From NCBI RefSeq assembly GCF_048403405.1, contig NZ_CP183129.1: DNA of 64,000 nucleotides. One strand, 5' to 3'. The stretch's first letter is position 1. Each line of letters starts with the position of its first letter. Both the position numbers and the translations under genes were made by a program. Source of the DNA: Escherichia coli (GTDB taxonomy: Bacteria; Pseudomonadota; Gammaproteobacteria; Enterobacterales; Enterobacteriaceae). The notes beneath the pieces are model-generated. The model did not search any database, was not told where the DNA came from, and worked only from the letters and a program-made list of their open reading frames with translations. Shown piece by piece: positions 57,820 through 64,000 of this stretch.

Positions 57820-58746
57820 TTAACTTTCTATTTTTACTCTTTTCTCCACCATAAAATCAATAAAAGCACGAACTTTAGAGGGCATTCTCACCCGTGATGA
57901 AACATATATATAAAATCCAGGAAATGAAACGGCCCAATCCTCAAGAATCGGCTGTAACTTGCCCGCATTGATATGTTCAGCGATTGCAAAATCCAGATGT
58001 TGAATGATACCCGTTCCATTCAGCGCCATTCGTATCATGCTTTCGTCATCATTAGAAATATACTTACCTGAAACCTCTATTTCGAACTCTTCATTACCCC
58101 CCACAACATTAGAAAACTCCCATGCAGAGAGTGCACCGCTACTTTTATGCCGCAACCGAAGGCAATTATGGTTACTCAGTTCCTGAGGCGTTTCAGGAAT
58201 ACCGTGTTCTTTTAAATAATCTGGCGATGCCACAGTAACCAGTTTAATAAGCGGAGAAACAGGAACGGCAGTCATATGCTCATCCAGTCCTTGCTCAAGA
58301 CGTATGCCCACATCACAGCCGTCCGCAATAATGTTAGATAAACCGTCATCCATAATGAGTTCTATCTTTGTTTTGGGGTAACGAGTAAGAAACTCGCCAA
58401 TATGAGGCTCAACAAGCATCCGTGCTGCAACACGGGAGGAATTTATTCTCAACAGGCCTGTAGGTTCAAGTTGGGTATCACCAACATCTTTCAAAGCATC
58501 ATCAATTTGCCCCAAAGCCGACACCAGCACTTCATACAGACGCTGTCCTTCCTCAGTAAGCGACATATTGCGGGTCGTACGGTATATCAGCTTGGTGTTA
58601 AGACGTTCCTCAAGAGATTTTAAATTCTGGGACAATGCGGCCCGTGTAATACCCATTTCAGAAGCGGCTCTGGAAAAACTGCCGGCACGAACAATAAGCG
58701 CAAACCAGGCAAGAGAAGGCAAAATTGAAGGCTCTATTTTCATCAT
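57820..58746 (-). CDS. LysR-family transcriptional regulator, divergent from hydrolase/OYE genes
   Basis: ORF track 57820..58809; ATG at 58744-58746 gives MMKIEPSILPSLAWFALIVRAGSFSRAASEMGITRAALSQNLKSLE. Confidence 0.8.
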   Translation of the reverse strand: MMKIEPSILPSLAWFALIVRAGSFSRAASEMGITRAALSQNLKSLEERLNTKLIYRTTRNMSLTEEGQRLYEVLVSALGQIDDALKDVGDTQLEPTGLLRINSSRVAARMLVEPHIGEFLTRYPKTKIELIMDDGLSNIIADGCDVGIRLEQGLDEHMTAVPVSPLIKLVTVASPDYLKEHGIPETPQELSNHNCLRLRHKSSGALSAWEFSNVVGGNEEFEIEVSGKYISNDDESMIRMALNGTGIIQHLDFAIAEHINAGKLQPILEDWAVSFPGFYIYVSSRVRMPSKVRAFIDFMVEKRVKIES

Positions 58747-58902
58747 TGTAAACCTTAACTTAACACTGTGATAGATATTAGACCATTGATGATAACCAAT
58801 ACAAGTCATACTATTACGCCGTTCTCGATATGAACACGAATGCCAGTTGCGGATAATAGAAATGATATTTAAATCTGTTTAGGCAAATCCCCGGAGCTTG
58901 AA

Positions 58903-59823
58903 ATGAAAACTGTTTCGATAAAACATACTTACTGGGATATAGCTGCTGATATCTATTTCCCTGACGATTTTAATAGTGAAAAAAAGTATCCTGCCATTAT
59001 CAGCGCCCATCCAATTGGAAGCTGCAAAGAACAGACATCGGGCAGTGTGTATGGTGCCGCCCTGGCAAAAGCTGGCTTTATCGTCATTGCTTTTGATGCC
59101 AGTTTTCAGGGAAGCAGCGGTGGAGAACCGCGTTATCTGGAAGATCCAACAATGCGAGTAAAAGACTTCAGCATTGTCGTTGATTACCTTACCACCTTAC
59201 CTTACGTTGATGCCGGGCGTATTGGTGTACTGGGTATTTGTGGTGGAGGTGGATATGCCATTAATGCCGCAATGACAGAACGTCGAATTAAAGCTATTGG
59301 TACTGTCACGGGTGCAAACTACGGGCGTCTTATGCGTGAGGGATTTACAGCGTTTAATCCTATCGGAGCACTCGAAGCGATGGCGCAACAAAGAACAGAC
59401 GAAGCTAACGGCGCAAAACTTCGCGTAGATGATTTACTCCCCTCTTCTCCGGATGCAGCTCTTGAAGCGGGATTAACAGAAATAGACCTTTTTGAAGCCA
59501 CAGAATATTATCGTTCGCCACGAGGCTGTGCACCTAATGGGGTAAATCGTTCGCTATTCTCACATCAGACTGTTGCCGTGGGTTGGGATGCATTTCATCT
59601 TGCAGAAGTCCTGTTAACTCAACCAATAATGGTTGTGGTGGGCGATAGAGTGGGCGCATTTGGTGCCTACCGTGACGGCTGCGAAATTATTGGCCGCGCT
59701 GCCTCAAAACATAAAGAGCTGGTCGTGGTTGAAGGTTATTCACATTACGACCTGTATGATAAGCCAGAACCTGTGAAACAGGCACTCGAAAAATTAATTC
59801 CTTTTTATAAAACACATTTGTAA
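58903..59823 (+). CDS. Alpha/beta hydrolase, dienelactone-hydrolase-like with Cys nucleophile
   Basis: 306 aa; nucleophile elbow GICGGGGY with Cys in place of the usual Ser, as in dienelactone hydrolases. Confidence 0.7.
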   Translation: MKTVSIKHTYWDIAADIYFPDDFNSEKKYPAIISAHPIGSCKEQTSGSVYGAALAKAGFIVIAFDASFQGSSGGEPRYLEDPTMRVKDFSIVVDYLTTLPYVDAGRIGVLGICGGGGYAINAAMTERRIKAIGTVTGANYGRLMREGFTAFNPIGALEAMAQQRTDEANGAKLRVDDLLPSSPDAALEAGLTEIDLFEATEYYRSPRGCAPNGVNRSLFSHQTVAVGWDAFHLAEVLLTQPIMVVVGDRVGAFGAYRDGCEIIGRAASKHKELVVVEGYSHYDLYDKPEPVKQALEKLIPFYKTHL

Positions 59824-59831
59824 TAATCTTA

Positions 59832-59865
59832 CAGGGAGATTCCTTATCTCCCTGACATTTATCCT
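59832..59865 (+). terminator. Rho-independent terminator after the hydrolase gene
   Basis: cagggagat-tcctt-atctccctg followed by a T-rich tract. Confidence 0.6.
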
Positions 59866-59995
59866 TTATTGACTACACAACAATAATAAAATTACTCAAA
59901 AAGAATTCTATTAAAGGAAAAAAGCATCAAAAAGTAGCAACTCAACTTATTAAGATTATACGCATTAAAATCAGATAAACATTTGAGGTATTGTT

Positions 59996-61138
59996 ATGAC
60001 AAATAAACACCCATCATTGTTTTCTCCTTTTATGCTGACAGAAAAAATAAAGCTACGTAATCGTATCGTTATGGCCCCTATGACGACCTGGTCAGCGAAT
60101 CCTGATGGAACCATCTCTGAGCAAGAACTCGAATTTTATAAACGCCGCTCACAAAATGTTGGTTTAGTAATAACAGGATGTACCTATGTCACGCCAAGCG
60201 GCATTGGGTTTACTCATGAATTTGCCGCGTATGACGACCGTTTCATTAACAGCCTTGAAAAGTTAGCAGCGGCAGCCAAAAGTGGCGGTGCTCCGGCTAT
60301 TTTGCAGATTTTCCACGCCGGTAATAAAGCCATCCCGGAGCTTGTGCCAAATAACGATGTTATTAGTGCCAGCGCATCAAGCGTAAAATCTGGTGACTTT
60401 ATGAAGAGAGTGGTACAAAGCAGGGAAATGACTGAAAACGAAATTCAGGAAACCATTAGAGCATTCGGAGATGTCACAAAAAGGGCGATTAAAGCAGGTT
60501 TTGATGGCGTTGAACTTCATGGTGCGCACGGATTCCTTCTGCAGAATTTCTTCTCCCCTCTATTTAACCAGCGTAATGACCGATGGGGAGGAGATCTTGA
60601 AGGACGTATGCGCTTCCCGCTGGCCGTATTACAGGAAGTAAAAAATGTAGTCTATGAATATGCGACAAAGCGCTTTGCTATCGGTTACAGAATATCTCCT
60701 GAAGAATCTGTAACAGGGGGGCTGCGGATAGAGGATACTTATAAACTCCTTGATCGACTCATTTCATCCGGTATTTCGTATATACATACCTCGCTGGTCA
60801 GTATTAACGATAGCTACCCTGTTGAGTCGCCAAATGGCCCCCGAACTATTGAATTGATTTTAAATCATATTGCAGGCAGAGTGCCGGTAATCGCTGCAGG
60901 TAAAATACGCACACCGTCTCAGGCTCAAGAAGCAATTTCCGCTGGCCTGCCACTTGTTGCGATCGGTAAAGGGCTGGTGATAAATCCAGAATGGGTGACT
61001 TTAGCTGAATCAGGTAGAAGCCATGAAATTCAAACAACCCTTAATCCACAACTTGTTCCTGAATTAACCATTCCGGATAAACTATGGGATCAAATTCAGG
61101 CATCGAAAGGAACTGGCTGGTTTCCGTTAATGGATTAA
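59996..61138 (+). CDS. NADH:flavin oxidoreductase, Old Yellow Enzyme family
   Basis: 380 aa; OYE active-site signature ELHGAHGFLLQNFFSP and TIM-barrel FMN motifs. Confidence 0.85.
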   Translation: MTNKHPSLFSPFMLTEKIKLRNRIVMAPMTTWSANPDGTISEQELEFYKRRSQNVGLVITGCTYVTPSGIGFTHEFAAYDDRFINSLEKLAAAAKSGGAPAILQIFHAGNKAIPELVPNNDVISASASSVKSGDFMKRVVQSREMTENEIQETIRAFGDVTKRAIKAGFDGVELHGAHGFLLQNFFSPLFNQRNDRWGGDLEGRMRFPLAVLQEVKNVVYEYATKRFAIGYRISPEESVTGGLRIEDTYKLLDRLISSGISYIHTSLVSINDSYPVESPNGPRTIELILNHIAGRVPVIAAGKIRTPSQAQEAISAGLPLVAIGKGLVINPEWVTLAESGRSHEIQTTLNPQLVPELTIPDKLWDQIQASKGTGWFPLMD

Positions 61139-61568
61139 ATATCTATTACTCTCCCGAGAGTAAAACTATTAAACCAATGAGTAACCGATACAGCCTCGCA
61201 AATTCTTTCAGATAATTAACTCGTCACTGCGGCACGTTCTCTCGTAAGGCGTGCCTGCTGTGTAATCCAGTATGTATCCGGCATAGTTGACGGTTTAATA
61301 GAACTCAATTCCTCTCCCAGGTCACCAACAACGATATCTTGTATAACACCCCAGGAGATACGACATTATGATGAGATGCGATATGCTCCTCAGCGCCAAT
61401 CAACGCCCGGGCTGGGCCAGTTTTGAGATCAGACTCATTCCCGGACTGACTTCAGGCGACATATATCAATGACGTTGGGGCAATAAAAGATAGCCGATGT
61501 AATACATCTATTCAAATTTGTGATACATGTCAAAAAATTGGTTGACCAAACTCGTTATTTATATAAGG

Positions 61569-61593
61569 GCACTTACGAAGTGCACTCTTTTTT
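61569..61593 (+). terminator. Small terminator-like hairpin with T6 tract just upstream of ykgR
   Basis: gcactt-acg-aagtgc-actc-tttttt. Confidence 0.45.
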
Positions 61594-61610
61594 AAAGCGA
61601 GGAAGTACCA

Positions 61611-61712
61611 ATGAAAGAGAATAAAGTACAACAAATCAGTCATAAACTGATTAATATCGTTGTTTTTGTCGCAATTGTAGAATACGCCTATTTATTTCTC
61701 CATTTCTATTAA
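61611..61712 (+). CDS. ykgR: Small hydrophobic protein (33 aa)
   Basis: ATG 61611 with SD gaggaag; MKENKVQQISHKLINIVVFVAIVEYAYLFLHFY; not in the supplied ORF track (too short), found by hand. Confidence 0.6.
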   Translation: MKENKVQQISHKLINIVVFVAIVEYAYLFLHFY

Positions 61713-62037
61713 TAACGGCAATAAACTGTTCACTTCAGTGATATTAAAAAATATGCATCCTCTCCCTTTTTTGTAAGTAATTATTATATCCGTGGGAGAG
61801 GAATACACGCTGTCCGGCAATCAAACTGCGATAAATCATCGGCCAGTAAAATGGAGATAGCCTCCATTCTCGAAAAATTCATACTCTCAGCGAAACCATC
61901 ACTCATCAAGGCGTTTATGGGAGCGTCGCCAATGGCTGCTAACAATGCCAGACTTCCCCGTTACCGAAATTCCACATACCACAAATGGTCACAGGGATTG
62001 GGTGTTGAAATGATCCGGATGAGCATGTATCTTTATG

Positions 62038-62055
62038 GTTATGTTATAACATAAC
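62038..62055. promoter_or_regulatory. Zur box (zinc uptake regulator operator) upstream of ykgM
   Basis: Perfect palindrome GTTATGTTATAACATAAC, 12 bp before ykgM; matches the known Zur consensus core. Confidence 0.75.
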
Positions 62056-62066
62056 AGGTAAAAATG

Positions 62067-62330
62067 ATGAAGCCCAATATCCATCCTGAGTATCGTACTG
62101 TGGTGTTCCATGACACCAGTGTTGATGAGTACTTTAAAATCGGCTCGACTATCAAAACAGACCGTGAGATTGAGCTGGATGGCGTAACGTATCCGTACGT
62201 GACAATTGATGTCTCTTCTAAATCGCACCCGTTCTATACAGGGAAGCTGAGAACAGTGGCATCAGAAGGAAATGTTGCACGATTCACCCAACGTTTTGGT
62301 CGTTTTGTTAGCACGAAAAAGGGGGCATGA
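62067..62330 (+). CDS. ykgM: Ribosomal protein L31 paralog (type B, zinc-independent)
   Basis: 87 aa [23 protein letters not shown]..., lacking the CxxC zinc ribbon. Confidence 0.9.
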
Positions 62331-62470
62331 TGAAAGTCCTTAACTCTCTGCGTACCGCAAAAGAACGCCATCCAGACTGTCAGATTGTGAAGCGAAAAGG
62401 ACGGCTATATGTGATTTGTAAATCTAATCCACGTTTTAAGGCCGTTCAGGGTCGTAAGAAAAAACGTTGA
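62330..62470 (+). CDS. ykgO: Ribosomal protein L36 paralog (zinc-independent)
   Basis: 46 aa [46 protein letters not shown]; ATGA overlap with ykgM stop; not in ORF track, found by hand. Confidence 0.85.
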   Translation: MKVLNSLRTAKERHPDCQIVKRKGRLYVICKSNPRFKAVQGRKKKR

Positions 62471-62527
62471 TTCAAAATTCGACGAATTAACGATATTTGT
62501 CTGATTAATAATCAGACCGGATTAATG

Positions 62528-62558
62528 TTGGTGTATTTATTACACCAGCATTAATTTT
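62528..62558 (+). terminator. Terminator-like hairpin downstream of ykgMO
   Basis: ttggtgta-tttat-tacaccag followed by cattaatttt. Confidence 0.5.
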
Positions 62559-62876
62559 CCTGGGGATGTATCTTCCTGTTCATTTAAGGTCAACTGCCTG
62601 ACGTTTCTCTCCGAATATTCCATTATATTAATGTTGACTTGTTGACCAGGTGCGCCCTGTATGCTGGCATCAACTCTCTTTTAGACTGAACACGCCACTC
62701 AGTTTCCTCCCTTTGCGACGCAGCCTGCATTTACACTCAAACGGTTAAGATGATAAATGTGGTAAATCTGTTGGTACTGACATAAAAACGTTTACGCCAC
62801 AGGAACGGCCTGATCCACCGGTAACCCCATCGCCGACGTTCGAGTGCCAGTTAGAGTAACGCGCACAGATGACTGA

Positions 62877-63101
62877 ATGCAGTGCCCTGGCAAAGAGGCC
62901 ATCGTTCCTGTGACAACTGGCAGTCTTCGTTTAACTTCACTTAATTTGGCTCTTAGGGGGCTTACCGGACAGATGACGTACTTACACCTGTTTAATTTTT
63001 CATCACTTATTGGGATGAACACCCATAACCATTTTGTGCGGCATGTTAATCCATTAAAACACCTTACTGATTGGCAAATCATCTTTAATTATGACTCATG
63101 A
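62877..63101 (+). CDS. Small hypothetical ORF at the position of ykgL; strand ambiguous (overlapping 96 aa ORF on minus strand at 62792..63082)
   Basis: 74 aa ORF; I cannot confirm which strand corresponds to annotated ykgL. Confidence 0.25.
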   Translation: MQCPGKEAIVPVTTGSLRLTSLNLALRGLTGQMTYLHLFNFSSLIGMNTHNHFVRHVNPLKHLTDWQIIFNYDS

Positions 63102-63484
63102 TAGTTTTATATTCTATTTCTTATCATTTAAACTTGTTTTTTTACTAGTCCATTACACAACACATTAAGACTATTCCTAACACCTCAGGGCAAAGTTCCT
63201 GGCTAATATAAAATGCAAGTAAGAATTGAACGTTATATTGCCAATAACCTTATGAAACTGAATGTCTTTTTCTTCTTATCAAAAAAGCAATATTTTCATT
63301 TTTTGTAAATATTGACTTAACCATGGAATTCCTTTTCTGTTCACATATTGACACTCATCAGGAAAAAAACATAAATTTAAACCTAATCGAAATAATTAAA
63401 ACTTAATCTCGTTTAATCTATATTGATATGTGCTACGTATCTTATTTACTTCCGATTTACTAAAGAAACTGAATGTACCTGTAA

Positions 63485-64000
<516 letters not shown>

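Noticed and set aside
61851-62054. 67 aa ORF immediately upstream of ykgM
   Set aside because: Overlaps the Zur operator and ykgM promoter; no ribosome-binding site; most likely non-coding regulatory DNA.

Overview
This window reads as an Escherichia coli chromosomal segment, in reverse orientation relative to the K-12 map: lacA (3' end), cynXST/cynR, codAB, prpEDCB/prpR, yahO to yahA (pdeL), betTIBA, ykgH, ykgGFE, rclRABC, ykgA, fdeC (eaeH), ykgR/ykgM/ykgO and the 5' end of ecpR. All gene calls rest on the supplied ORF track plus my recognition of the translated proteins; nothing was searched against a database, and every comparison with K-12 is from memory. Three stretches look like accessory content that I do not recall in K-12: (i) a roughly 5 kb block between yahK and yahJ carrying an LsrB/RhaS-like ABC transporter and a small ASCH-like ORF; (ii) intact versions of fdeC, ykgA and a DkgA-like aldo-keto reductase; (iii) a roughly 7 kb redox cluster between fdeC and ykgR (two aldo-keto reductases, two LysR regulators, a Cys-type dienelactone-hydrolase-like enzyme and an Old-Yellow-Enzyme-like flavin reductase). 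The best candidate for an undescribed system is the single-strand cluster 16767-29553: a Tat-signal amidohydrolase (YahJ), the ABC importer, an FdrA/DUF1116/DUF2877 module (YahF/G/E), carbamate kinase (YahI) and aldehyde reductase (YahK), which I predict is an ATP-yielding catabolic pathway for an unknown carbamoyl/ureido compound. I also found a 56 bp direct repeat (hairpin plus the last codons of prpE) bracketing the cyn-cod block. No CRISPR array, tRNA, rRNA or transposase was seen.
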